A DNA stretch of 64,000 nt from an uncultured Solirubrobacterales bacterium (GTDB taxonomy: Bacteria; Actinomycetota; Thermoleophilia; Solirubrobacterales; 70-9): positions 170,187-234,186 of the forward strand of contig CAVRGT010000001.1 of assembly GCA_963720805.1 (NCBI GenBank). The letters are read 5' to 3'. The notes beneath the pieces were generated by a model, which was not told where the DNA came from, did no database searches, and saw only the letters and a program-made list of their open reading frames with translations. Made by a program: the position numbers and the translations under genes. Of the stretch, positions 41,660 through 52,582 are shown piece after piece (position 1 is the first letter of the stretch; every line of letters begins with the position of its first letter).

Positions 41660-42538
41660 ATGAAGCAGATTCGAGGAATCCTTACTGCGATGGCGACGCC
41701 GTTCGACGAGAGCGGTGCCGTCGACGAGCCCGCCGCGCTGAAGCTGGCGACCCACCTGCTCGAGCACGGCTCGCACGGCCTGGTGATCTCCGGCTCGACT
41801 GGCGAGGCACCGACGCTGACTGACGAGGAGGCGCTCGTCCTGCTGCGGGCGGTGCGCCGGGAGGTCGGCGACGACGTGCTGCTGGTCTGCGGCACCGGCA
41901 CCAACTACACCGATCACTCGATCGAGCTGACCAGCGGCGCAGCCGAGGCCGGGGCCGACGCGGCGCTGATCGTCACGCCCTATTACAACAAGCCCAACCG
42001 CGCCGGCATCCAGGCTCACTTCGAAGCGATCGCGGCAGCGGTCCCGAATTTGCCGCTGATCGCCTACAACATCCCCTCGCGGGTGGTCGTCAACGTGCCG
42101 CCCGCCGATCTGGCGGAGCTGGCCAAGATCGACAGCGTCGTCGCGGTCAAGCAGGCCAACAACGATGAGCTGCAGCCGATCGAGGGGCTCGAGATCCTCG
42201 CCGGCAACGACGACATCTTCCTCAAGACCCTTGAAATCGGCGGCGCCGGCGGGATCTGCGTCGCCTCGCAGCTGGTCGGCCCGCAGATGCGGGAAGTCTG
42301 GGACGCGGCCCAGGCGGGAGAGATGGAGCGAGCGGGTCAGATCGACGCCGGCCTGCGCCAGCTCTACGCCGCAATGGGCGTGACCACCAACCCGATCCCG
42401 GTCAAGGCGGCGCTGGAGATGACCGGCCTGATTCCGTCCGGAAGACTTCGACTGCCCCTCGTTCCCGCCGATGCGGAGCAGAGGGCGACTGTGCGAGCGG
42501 CGCTCGAGAGCGTCGGCCTCACCGCGGTGACTCCCTAG
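41660..42538 (+). CDS. dapA: 4-hydroxy-tetrahydrodipicolinate synthase
   Basis: MATPFDESG, SGSTGEAPTLT and YNIPSR motifs. The ATG at 41660 is preferred over the long upstream extension of ORF 41357. Confidence 0.92.
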   Translation: MKQIRGILTAMATPFDESGAVDEPAALKLATHLLEHGSHGLVISGSTGEAPTLTDEEALVLLRAVRREVGDDVLLVCGTGTNYTDHSIELTSGAAEAGADAALIVTPYYNKPNRAGIQAHFEAIAAAVPNLPLIAYNIPSRVVVNVPPADLAELAKIDSVVAVKQANNDELQPIEGLEILAGNDDIFLKTLEIGGAGGICVASQLVGPQMREVWDAAQAGEMERAGQIDAGLRQLYAAMGVTTNPIPVKAALEMTGLIPSGRLRLPLVPADAEQRATVRAALESVGLTAVTP

Positions 42539-44202
42539 TGGCCGCCGGCAAGCTGCGCGTGCTGCCGCTCGGGGGACTGGGCGAGATCGGCAAGAACATG
42601 ACCGTGATCGAGTACGACGGTCGCATCGTTGTCGTCGACACCGGCCTGATGTTCCCGACCGCGGAGATGCTCGGCATCGACCTCGTCCTGCCCGACTTCT
42701 CCTACCTGCGCGATCGGGTCGATGACATCGAGGCGATAGTGCTCACCCACGGCCATGAGGACCACGTCGGCGCCCTGCCCTACGTGCTGCGCGAGCTCGG
42801 CTCGCCGCCGGTGATCTACAGCGGCCTGCTGACGGTCGGCATGGTGCGGGCCAAGCTCGACGAGCACAAGCTCAAAGATGCGCCGCTGCAGGAGTTGCCG
42901 GCGGGGGAGAAAGTCCAGGTCGGCCCGTTCGAGCTGGAGTTGATCCACCTCTCGCACTCGATCCCCGACGCCCGTGGAGTGCTGCTGACGACCGAGGCCG
43001 GCAACGTGCTGATGACCGGCGACTACAAGTTCGACCAGACCCCGGTCGACGGGCGCCCCGCCGACATCTCGCGGCTGGCGGAACTCGGGCGTGACGGCCT
43101 GACGCTGCTATGCGGCGACTCGACCAATGCCGATCGCTCCGGCGTCGCCCCGTCGGAGTCGAGCGTCGGTCCGGCGCTGCTGGAGACCTTCGCCGCCTGC
43201 GAGGGCCGCATCATCGTCACCTCCTTCGCCTCCAACATCCACCGCGTCCAGCAGGTGATCGACGCCGCCGTGCAGCTCGACCGCCGCGTCGCCTTGGTCG
43301 GGCGCTCGATGCGCAAAAACTTCAACATCGCCTCCAACCTCGGCATCGCCAAAGCGCCGTCCGGGCTCTTCATCCAGCCGCGGGAGATCGAGAACTTCCC
43401 CGACGAGAAGGTGATCGTGATCTCGACCGGCAGCCAGGGCGAGCCGCTCTCGGCCCTGCGGCGAATGGCCAACAACGACCACCGCGATGTCGAGCTGCAC
43501 TCCGGCGACACCGTGGTTTTCTCGGCGACGCCGGTGCCCGGCAACGAGCGCGCCGTCAACGAGACGATCGACCGCATCTACGAGATCGGCGCCACGGTCG
43601 TCACCGCCAAGGACGCCCCGATCCACGCCTCCGGACACGGTTGGCAGGAGGAGCTCAAATTGATGCTCAACCTGACCAAACCGCGTTTCGTGCTGCCGGT
43701 CCACGGCGATTACCAGCGCCTGCGCCTGCACGCCGGGCTGGCGGAATCGGTCGGGATCGCGCCGGAGAACATCTTCCAGGGCCGCAACGGCTTGCCGCTG
43801 GAAGTCGACCAGGACGGCGCCGGCTTTGGCGAGCAGATCCACGCCGGGGTGATCTACGTCGACGGCGTCAACGTCGGCGAGCCCGACGACGTCGCCCTGC
43901 GCGACCGCCGCGAGATATCGGCCGACGGCCTCTTCATCGTCGTCGCCACGATCTCCTCCGAGGACGGCCACATCGTCGCCGACCCAGAGGTGCTCTTCCG
44001 CGGCGTCGCCTTCCTCGAGGAGGCCGACGCCCTGGTCGAGGACCTGCGCGACCTGGTCGAGGACTCGCTCGAAGATGCGGCCAAAGCGGGGACGCGGGAG
44101 CTGCACCTGGTCCAGGAAGACGTTCACGACGCCGTGGCGGGTCTGGTGTACGAAAAGCTGCGGCGGCGGCCGATGATCGTTCCGGTCGTTGTAGAGGTCT
44201 GA
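42538..44202 (+). CDS. rnj: Ribonuclease J
   Basis: MBL motif THGHEDHVGALP, a beta-CASP region and a C-terminal domain; 554 aa. Confidence 0.92.
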   Translation: MAAGKLRVLPLGGLGEIGKNMTVIEYDGRIVVVDTGLMFPTAEMLGIDLVLPDFSYLRDRVDDIEAIVLTHGHEDHVGALPYVLRELGSPPVIYSGLLTVGMVRAKLDEHKLKDAPLQELPAGEKVQVGPFELELIHLSHSIPDARGVLLTTEAGNVLMTGDYKFDQTPVDGRPADISRLAELGRDGLTLLCGDSTNADRSGVAPSESSVGPALLETFAACEGRIIVTSFASNIHRVQQVIDAAVQLDRRVALVGRSMRKNFNIASNLGIAKAPSGLFIQPREIENFPDEKVIVISTGSQGEPLSALRRMANNDHRDVELHSGDTVVFSATPVPGNERAVNETIDRIYEIGATVVTAKDAPIHASGHGWQEELKLMLNLTKPRFVLPVHGDYQRLRLHAGLAESVGIAPENIFQGRNGLPLEVDQDGAGFGEQIHAGVIYVDGVNVGEPDDVALRDRREISADGLFIVVATISSEDGHIVADPEVLFRGVAFLEEADALVEDLRDLVEDSLEDAAKAGTRELHLVQEDVHDAVAGLVYEKLRRRPMIVPVVVEV

Positions 44203-44220
44203 CGCGGGCGTCCCGGCCCC

Positions 44221-44300
44221 GCGGGTCCTGTCGCCGCAGGAACCCCCACCCCTTCCGGTCGCTAAAGCGTCCTCAGGGGCGGGTCCCCCTACGGCGCCAC
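44221..44300 (+). repeat. ~82-bp palindromic repeat, copy 2 (intergenic, after rnj)
   Basis: GCGGGTCCTGTCGCCGCAGGAACCCCCACCCCTTCCGGTCGCTAAAGCGTCCTCAGGGGCGGGTCCCCCTACGGCGCCAC. Confidence 0.85.
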
Positions 44301-44370
44301 CCCCGGGGAGGGGCGCCCCCGGCAGAGCTTGCTGCGAGGGACCAACGCCTCCGCGTCAGAGTTTGCGGGC

Positions 44371-44415
44371 AAAAAAAGACCCGCCGGAAGATGTTGGGGA
44401 GAGTTCCGGCGGGCC
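44371..44415 (-). terminator. Intrinsic terminator of the two-component operon
   Basis: On the minus strand: GCCCGCCGGAA-ctctccccaacatc-TTCCGGCGGGTC followed by TTTTTTT, about 50 nt downstream of the kinase stop. Confidence 0.75.
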
Positions 44416-44463
44416 TTTGTGTCTCGTCCGCGGATAAAAATAAGTCGGCCCGCTAAAGCGGAA

Positions 44464-45918
44464 CTAAAAGGTTCTGGCGGGTTGCTGGGCGGGTTGGAGG
44501 GGGAGGCGGACGCGGAATTGGGCGCCGCCTGAGGCGGATTCGCCTACTTCGACGGTGCCGTTGTGGGAGGTGGCTACGGCGCGGACTATGGAGAGGCCGA
44601 GGCCGCTGCCGGGGCCGACGGCGGTGTCGGCGGGGCCCTCGCCGCGGACGAAGCGGTCGAAGATCTGCTCGCGTAGGCGCGGGGGGATGCCGGGGCCGTC
44701 GTCGGCGACCTCGACCACGGCCTCCTCGCCGAGGCGGCGGACGTGCAGTTCGATCCGGGCGCCGAGTGGCGTGTGGCGGGAGGCGTTGTCGAGCAGGTTG
44801 AGGACCATGCGGTGCAGCTCGTCGGCGTTGCCCGTCACCGGTAGCGCGTGCTGGTTGTCGATGTCAAGTTCGCGATCGCCCATCAGGGGCGCCAGCTCGA
44901 CGGCGACGTTGCCGGCAATCTCGGCCAGATCGCAGGGGACGTGTTTTCCGGCCCGGCCGGCGTCGGCGCGGGCCAGCAGCAGCAGGTCCCCGACCAGGCG
45001 GCTCATCCGCTTCGAGGAGCGCAGGGCGGAGTCGACCATGGCGCGGTCTTCGTCGTGATTCGGCGCTCGCAGAGAGGCCTGCAGAAGCTCGAGGTTGGCG
45101 AGCACGCTGGTCAGCGGCGTGCGCAGCTCGTGCGAAGCGTCGGCGACGAACTCGCGCTGTTTTTTCATCGCCGCCTCGCGCTCGGTGCGGGCGGCGTCGA
45201 GCGAGCGCAGCATCTGCTCCAGCGTGCGCGCGAGCTCGCCGACCTCGTCGTCGACCTTCGGATCCGGCATGTGACGCGACGGGTCCCCGGTTGCGGCGAT
45301 CTGGCGGGCGGTCACGGTCAGGGCCGAGATAGGCCGCATCGCCCTGGAGGCGACGGCGACGCCGCCGAGGCTGGCGAGCAGGGTACCGCCGAAGATTCCC
45401 GCGGCGATGAAGAGCCAGAGCCGGTCGACCGTCGAGTCGACGTGGGCGATGTTGCGGCCGTACTGAATGAACCCTGTGGTCGCGCCCGATTCACCGCTGG
45501 TCCGGGTGGTCGCGACCCGCATCTGGCCGTAGTCGGCGAGGCCGAGAGAGGACGAGGACCCCATTGGCTCGGCACCCGTGCTCTCTTCGATCAGGTTGCC
45601 TTCGGCGTCGAATACACGCGCCGAGGCGCCGTCGGGGCGGACGAAGTCATCGAGCTTCGGGCCGCGAAATTGGACGCCGAGAAGGGTCCGGAAGACCCGG
45701 CTTTCCGCCGCCAGCGTCTGGCCGGCGCTGCTGACCTGACGGTTGAAGTCGTCGCGGATGCGGCTGGTTGCCACCTGGCCGATCACGGCGCCGAAAACGA
45801 GCAGGATGATGAGCGTCAGCCCGGCGGAGACCCCGGCGAGGCGCCAGCGGACCGGCCAGCTGCTCGGTCGCAGCCGGTTGGGCCAGCGAGCGGCGAGCTT
45901 GCGAGCGAACCGCCTCAT
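44464..45918 (-). CDS. Two-component sensor histidine kinase (two TM segments, HAMP, HisKA, HATPase_c)
   Basis: H-box SHELRTPLTS, N-box LLDNASRHT, and G-boxes DDGPGI and GSGLGLSIV. Confidence 0.9.
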   Translation of the reverse strand: MRRFARKLAARWPNRLRPSSWPVRWRLAGVSAGLTLIILLVFGAVIGQVATSRIRDDFNRQVSSAGQTLAAESRVFRTLLGVQFRGPKLDDFVRPDGASARVFDAEGNLIEESTGAEPMGSSSSLGLADYGQMRVATTRTSGESGATTGFIQYGRNIAHVDSTVDRLWLFIAAGIFGGTLLASLGGVAVASRAMRPISALTVTARQIAATGDPSRHMPDPKVDDEVGELARTLEQMLRSLDAARTEREAAMKKQREFVADASHELRTPLTSVLANLELLQASLRAPNHDEDRAMVDSALRSSKRMSRLVGDLLLLARADAGRAGKHVPCDLAEIAGNVAVELAPLMGDRELDIDNQHALPVTGNADELHRMVLNLLDNASRHTPLGARIELHVRRLGEEAVVEVADDGPGIPPRLREQIFDRFVRGEGPADTAVGPGSGLGLSIVRAVATSHNGTVEVGESASGGAQFRVRLPLQPAQQPARTF

Positions 45919-46652
45919 TACTCCTTGAGGACGTAGCCGGCGCCGCGTTTGGTGTGCAGGAGACGGGGCTCGCCGCCGGCCTCGAGCTTGCGGCGCAGGT
46001 TGGAGATGAAGACGTCGATCGTGTTCGTCGCCGCGGTCGGGTCGTAGCCCCAGACGTCGTCGAGCAGGCGCTCGCGCGAGACGACGAGGCGCTCGTTGCG
46101 CATCAGGTACTCGAGCAGCTCGAACTCGCGGTTTGTCAGCTCCAACTCGCGCTCGCCGCGACTGACTTCGCGAGTGTCAGGGTTGAGCGCGAGGTCGCCG
46201 ACTTCCAACGAGGCGGCGCCGCGCGGCGGGCGGCGGCGCAGCAGCGCGCGGATCCGCGCCAGCAGCTCCTGACGCTCGAAGGGCTTGACCAGGTAGTCGT
46301 CGGCGCCGCTGTCGAGACCGCTGACCCGGTCCTCGGTCTCGGCCCGGGCGGTCAGCATCAGGATCGGCACGTCTCCTTCGGCCCGCAGGCGCCGGCAGAC
46401 CTCGACCCCGTCAAGGCGGGGGAGGCCGAGATCGAGGACGACGAGGTCGGGGACGAAGCCCGTGGCCACGTCAAGCGCCTCGACTCCGTCGGCGCTGGTC
46501 TTCACCTCGTAGCCCTCCTGGCGCAGCGAGCGGCGCAGGACGTCGGCGATCTCGGCGTCGTCCTCGACCACCAGCACGCGGCCGGTGGCAATTTCGGGCT
46601 CGGCGTTCAGCACAAAAGCGATGTTAGAGCCAAGCCTCAGGTTCAAGCCCAA
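45918..46652 (-). CDS. OmpR-family response regulator (start codon uncertain)
   Basis: Receiver domain (VLVVEDD...DLVVLDLGLP...MLTA) plus winged-helix domain (LTNREFELLEYL...GAGYVL). Its stop overlaps the kinase ATG. Confidence 0.9.
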   Translation of the reverse strand: MGLNLRLGSNIAFVLNAEPEIATGRVLVVEDDAEIADVLRRSLRQEGYEVKTSADGVEALDVATGFVPDLVVLDLGLPRLDGVEVCRRLRAEGDVPILMLTARAETEDRVSGLDSGADDYLVKPFERQELLARIRALLRRRPPRGAASLEVGDLALNPDTREVSRGERELELTNREFELLEYLMRNERLVVSRERLLDDVWGYDPTAATNTIDVFISNLRRKLEAGGEPRLLHTKRGAGYVLKE

Positions 46653-46674
46653 CTTTTACCCCCGCCTTATCTGC

Positions 46675-46720
46675 TGACTTCCTCTTTTTGGGCGCATAGG
46701 GGATACAAAAGAGGAAGTCA
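46675..46720. repeat. Hairpin repeat (CTGACTTCC-armed) in the divergent regulator/ftsK intergenic region
   Basis: TGACTTCCTCTTTT-TGGGCGCATAGGGGATAC-AAAAGAGGAAGTCA with perfect 14-nt arms. It is homologous to the reverse complement of 56485-56532. Confidence 0.8.
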
Positions 46721-46766
46721 CCGGCTGGGCGAAGGGGTGGGCAGGCCGACGTCGAAGGGGGGGCTC

Positions 46767-48920
<2,154 letters not shown>

Positions 48921-48941
48921 CTCTAGTAGGACAATGCGCCG

Positions 48942-50279
48942 ATGCACGAGCAGCTCGGCAGTGAAGACGAGGCTACGGCCACCCGGCCGGCGGGCCAGGT
49001 GAGGGCGGGCATAGTCGTCACCGGCACCGAGGTCCTGACCGGGCGGATCGCCGATCGCAACGGTCCTTGGCTCTCCGAACAGCTGGCCGAGCGCGGGGTC
49101 GAGGTGGCCCACATCCTCGTCGTCGCCGACCGGCCCGATGACCTCGAGGCCGCATTGCGCTTCATGGCCGCCGAGCGGATGGACCTGATCCTCACCTCCG
49201 GTGGGCTCGGTCCGACCGCCGATGACCTTACAGCCGAGGTGGTCGGCCGCTTCGCCGGTCGCCCGATGGTCCTCGACGAGGAGGTGGAGGAGAAGATCGC
49301 CGAGATCCTTCGCGGTTTTGCCCGCCGCGCCGGTGTCATGCAGTTCGACGCCGAGGCGCTGCGCGAGGCCAACCGCAAGCAGGCGATCGTGCCCGAGGGC
49401 TCGATCGCGCTCGACCCGGTCGGCACCGCCCCAGGTCTGGTCGTTCCCGCCGGAGACAGCGTGGTGGTTGTTCTGCCCGGCCCACCGCGGGAGCTGCAGC
49501 CGATGTGGCCGGTCGCGGTCGAAACAGATCCGGTCGCGGACGTGCTGGCGCGCGCGACGCCCCTGCGCGCCTACACCCTGCGCATGTTCGGGACCCCTGA
49601 GTCGGAGATCGCAAAGAGCCTGCGCGAGATCGAGGAGGAGGGCGTGGCCCTGCCTGAGGTCGAGATCACGACCTGCCTGCGCCGCGGCGAGATCGAGATC
49701 GACGTGCGCTACCGCGACAACGCCGCCGAGACGGCGGACGCCGTGCGCGCGGGGCTGCAATCCCGACACCCCCGACACCTCTTCAGCCTCGACGGAGAGA
49801 CGATCGATTCGCAGGTGGCGACTCTCCTACAGGGGCACCGCCTTGGCCTGGCGGAGTCCTGTAGCGGCGGTCTCCTCGCGGCCCGCATCACCAATCTGCC
49901 CGGCGCCTCGGCCTACATGGCCGGGGGCGTCGTCTCCTACTCGGACGAGGCCAAGGCAGAGCTGCTCGGCGTCGATCCGGAGCTGATCAAAGAGAAGGGC
50001 GCTGTGTCGCTGGAGGTGGCCGAGCAGATGGCGCTCGGTGCCCTGGAGCGCTTCGGCGCCGACGTCGCCGTCTCGATCACCGGCATCGCCGGTCCCGACG
50101 GGGGCAACGAGGAGAAGCCGGTCGGCTACGTCTGCTTCCACGCCCGGCTTGCCGACGGCACCTTCCTCGCCCGCGACCCGGTGATCCCGGGCGGTCGCGC
50201 CGACATCCGCGAACGCTCGGCCCTGGTCGGCATGCACCTGCTCCGCCTCCTGCTGCGGGGCGAAGAGGCGCCGCTGTAG
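48942..50279 (+). CDS. cinA: CinA-family protein (MoCF-biosynthesis-like domain plus nicotinamide-nucleotide amidase domain)
   Basis: IVVTGTEVLTGRIADRNG start, TSGGLGPTADD, and C-terminal ESCSGGLLA. Confidence 0.9.
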   Translation: MHEQLGSEDEATATRPAGQVRAGIVVTGTEVLTGRIADRNGPWLSEQLAERGVEVAHILVVADRPDDLEAALRFMAAERMDLILTSGGLGPTADDLTAEVVGRFAGRPMVLDEEVEEKIAEILRGFARRAGVMQFDAEALREANRKQAIVPEGSIALDPVGTAPGLVVPAGDSVVVVLPGPPRELQPMWPVAVETDPVADVLARATPLRAYTLRMFGTPESEIAKSLREIEEEGVALPEVEITTCLRRGEIEIDVRYRDNAAETADAVRAGLQSRHPRHLFSLDGETIDSQVATLLQGHRLGLAESCSGGLLAARITNLPGASAYMAGGVVSYSDEAKAELLGVDPELIKEKGAVSLEVAEQMALGALERFGADVAVSITGIAGPDGGNEEKPVGYVCFHARLADGTFLARDPVIPGGRADIRERSALVGMHLLRLLLRGEEAPL

Positions 50280-50342
50280 AAGGCTCCGACCCGCGTAGCT
50301 TGCAATTTCCAAGTAACTCTGGTCGTATATCGGTACGCACCC

Positions 50343-51170
50343 ATGCCGGAAAGACGAACCCGGATCTTGCTGTTTTTTGCCTTCGCCTTGGTCGCCCTTG
50401 CTGGAATCTCCTCCGCAAGCGCCAACGCCGCGTGGAACGGTGAAATCACTCGGGCCGAGGCTGACGAAGACTGGGCCTTTGCCCACATTGCTGGGGCGGT
50501 CGAATGGACCGGATGCGAACACTGGGTCACGAGGCGAGCTTGGGAAGAACCAGGTGACCATCCGCATTGCGGGTGGCTTCCCTATGTCACGCTGGGACCA
50601 GGTTCCCAGACTTCAGACTGCGAAACGTACGACCGCGACCTTGCTCATCTCGGCGAAGAAGTCACCCTCGTCTGGCAGGGCGAAGAAAGGGTTCGCTACG
50701 AGCAGGATTTCTTGGATTTAGCGTCCTTCGACGGAACCAGTGTGCCTCTGAGTGGGCCTGACGATCAGCTCGTCTGCCTCTCCATCACTGAAACCGCACC
50801 CGAACAGGTACTTATCTTTTGTCCAGCGCAATTCGGCTTCCCCTGCCCGTGGTTTAAAACGCGCAAATTCCACCATGAGGTTGCATCGGCGTTGCTGGGT
50901 GCGGTCGAACTCGAAGAAGCCGAACCAGAACCCGGCCAAGGTGGCGAAGAAGAGCCCGAATCACAGCCCAGCGCCGGCGAAGAGCTGTCGACAAGCGAAT
51001 CGCCCGAGATCCCGGGATCGGCAGGGGGGTCGCCTGCGGTCATGCCACCTTCGTTGACCTTGCCGCACACCGGCAAGAAGCATCACCGACGCTGCAAGGG
51101 GGGAAAGCGCCAAAGGGCCGCCCATCACCGTCGCTGTCGCCATCGCCTTGCTTCCGGACCCCATATCTAA
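50343..51170 (+). CDS. Secreted Cys-rich hypothetical protein with an Arg/His/Cys-rich basic tail (paralogue 1)
   Basis: Signal peptide (..ISSASANA/AW) and a clear local GC drop. It shares motifs with the next ORF (TRAEA.xDW, WTGCEH, PYVT(L/V)GPG, (V/A)C(L/I)S(I/L)(T/I)ETA). Confidence 0.7.
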   Translation: MPERRTRILLFFAFALVALAGISSASANAAWNGEITRAEADEDWAFAHIAGAVEWTGCEHWVTRRAWEEPGDHPHCGWLPYVTLGPGSQTSDCETYDRDLAHLGEEVTLVWQGEERVRYEQDFLDLASFDGTSVPLSGPDDQLVCLSITETAPEQVLIFCPAQFGFPCPWFKTRKFHHEVASALLGAVELEEAEPEPGQGGEEEPESQPSAGEELSTSESPEIPGSAGGSPAVMPPSLTLPHTGKKHHRRCKGGKRQRAAHHRRCRHRLASGPHI

Positions 51171-51179
51171 TGGTCGAAA

Positions 51180-51920
51180 ATGTTCCTTGAGCGCCACTAC
51201 TTTGCGGGCTATCTCGTCTTCTGCGCCGCTCTCGCGTTGTCACTCGCCGGACCGGCCGGCGCTATCGGCTCCAGCGGCGAATTCACCCGGGCCGAAGCCA
51301 ATGCTGACTGGACCGGTGGCAGCATCGCCGGGTCGGTCACCTGGACCGGCTGTGAACACCCGGTGGAGCCCCCGCAGGAACCGCCAGGACCCGGGCCAGA
51401 AGGGGGAGGGATGACGCCTCTCGCGCCTCGGTATTGCGCCTGGACTCCCTATGTCACCGTCGGTCCGGGCTTCGATGCCTCCGAGTGCGCCGCCCCGGAT
51501 CGTCACCTCGGTCAGCTCGGCGACGGGATTAGCCTCGTCTGGTCTGGCGGAGAAACGGAGGCGCTCGGAACCGTGGCCTTTGACCTCTCCGCGGTTCCGC
51601 TGAGTGGGATCTCTCCCCATCTCGCCTGTATTTCCCTGATCGAAACAGCGGAAACGGGGGTCGAACTTCCCTGCGTGCCTCCAGGGCCCCCGCTGCCGCC
51701 GGGCTGGCACTGTCCTTTCCGGACCGCTCGCACCGACTACACGCTCGCCGCCGCGTCACTTTTGGCACCACCCGTCACGGACGCGACCCAACCGGCGACC
51801 GCTCGACACCGAAGGAAAGCCTGTGCGCGGAGGATCCGGCACGCACACCGTCACCCGTCCCGCTCGGTTTGCGTTCGTCGGCGTCATCACCATCATCGCC
51901 GACATTTGACGCATTCGTAA
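51180..51920 (+). CDS. Secreted Cys-rich hypothetical protein with an Arg/His-rich basic tail (paralogue 2)
   Basis: Signal peptide (..LSLAGPAGA/IG) and the same conserved Cys pattern as 50343..51170. The tail is ARHRRKACARRIRHAHRHPSRSVCVRRRHHHHRRHLTHS. Confidence 0.7.
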   Translation: MFLERHYFAGYLVFCAALALSLAGPAGAIGSSGEFTRAEANADWTGGSIAGSVTWTGCEHPVEPPQEPPGPGPEGGGMTPLAPRYCAWTPYVTVGPGFDASECAAPDRHLGQLGDGISLVWSGGETEALGTVAFDLSAVPLSGISPHLACISLIETAETGVELPCVPPGPPLPPGWHCPFRTARTDYTLAAASLLAPPVTDATQPATARHRRKACARRIRHAHRHPSRSVCVRRRHHHHRRHLTHS

Positions 51921-51966
51921 CCCCTCGGTGTTGTTCCGTGCGTCGGCGGCCCGTAGCGTGGTCGCG

Positions 51967-52569
51967 ATGGTGAAGGAAGGCGAGAAGAGCTTGCGAGTGC
52001 GATTGTTCGTCGCCCTCGATCTGCCTGCGGGCATGCGCGACGGCCTCGTGGCGTGGGGGGAGCGGGAGCTGCGGGATCCGGCGCTGCGTGTGGTCGCGCC
52101 CGAGTCGCTGCACGTCACGCTCGCCTTCCTCGGCTACCTGCCCGAGCGGGAGATCGAGAGGCTGGGCGAGATCGTGGCTGGACTCGGGGCGGCGGCGCCG
52201 ACGGTGGCGCTGGAAGATCCGGTCGCCAAGCCCTCGCTGAAGCGAGCGCGCCTCGTTGCCTTGCCGGCAAACGCCCCCGCGGCGGCGGCGCTGCAGCGCG
52301 AGCTCGAGCAGAAGCTCGTCGCCGAACGGCTCTACAAGCCGGAGAAGCGCCCGTTTTGGCCACATGTGACGGTCGCCAGGGTCAAGTCGGCGGGACGGGG
52401 CTCAAGGAGGCCCGCGGCCGTCGAGAGCCCTCCGGCAGGGCTCCCGAAAAGGCTCTTAGAACCCGCTCTTTGCGTCCGGGTGACGCTCTACCGTTCTGTA
52501 CTCCAGCCGCAGGGTTCGCAATACACCCCGCTGGCGCAAGTTGAGCTGTCCCGAGACGGGCGGCAGTGA
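51967..52569 (+). CDS. thpR: RNA 2',3'-cyclic phosphodiesterase (2H phosphoesterase, ThpR/LigT)
   Basis: Two HxT motifs (HVTLAFLG and HVTVARV) at the expected spacing. ATG at 51967. Confidence 0.8.
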   Translation: MVKEGEKSLRVRLFVALDLPAGMRDGLVAWGERELRDPALRVVAPESLHVTLAFLGYLPEREIERLGEIVAGLGAAAPTVALEDPVAKPSLKRARLVALPANAPAAAALQRELEQKLVAERLYKPEKRPFWPHVTVARVKSAGRGSRRPAAVESPPAGLPKRLLEPALCVRVTLYRSVLQPQGSQYTPLAQVELSRDGRQ

Positions 52570-52582
52570 GGTGAAAGAAGAG

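Noticed and set aside
46636-46652. A GGTTCAAGCCC string resembling a tRNA T-loop.
   Set aside because: No acceptor, D or anticodon arms can be formed around it. It lies in the 5' end of the response-regulator ORF.
50296-50342. A sigma-70-like promoter (TTGCAA ... TATAT) upstream of the first Cys-rich paralogue.
   Set aside because: The spacing between the candidate -35 and any acceptable -10 hexamer is about 20 nt, which is too long to call.
51060-51074. An LPHTG motif in the first Cys-rich paralogue, resembling a sortase LPXTG sorting signal.
   Set aside because: It is followed directly by the basic His/Arg tail without the hydrophobic membrane-spanning segment a sorting signal requires. 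The paralogue next door lacks the motif.
52480-52582. A possible LexA/Cheo-type SOS box upstream of recA (GTTCG half-site near 52518). SRAP and cinA upstream regions were checked as well.
   Set aside because: Only an isolated half-site is present, with no GAAC-N4-GTTC or TCGAAC-N4-GTTCGA palindrome.
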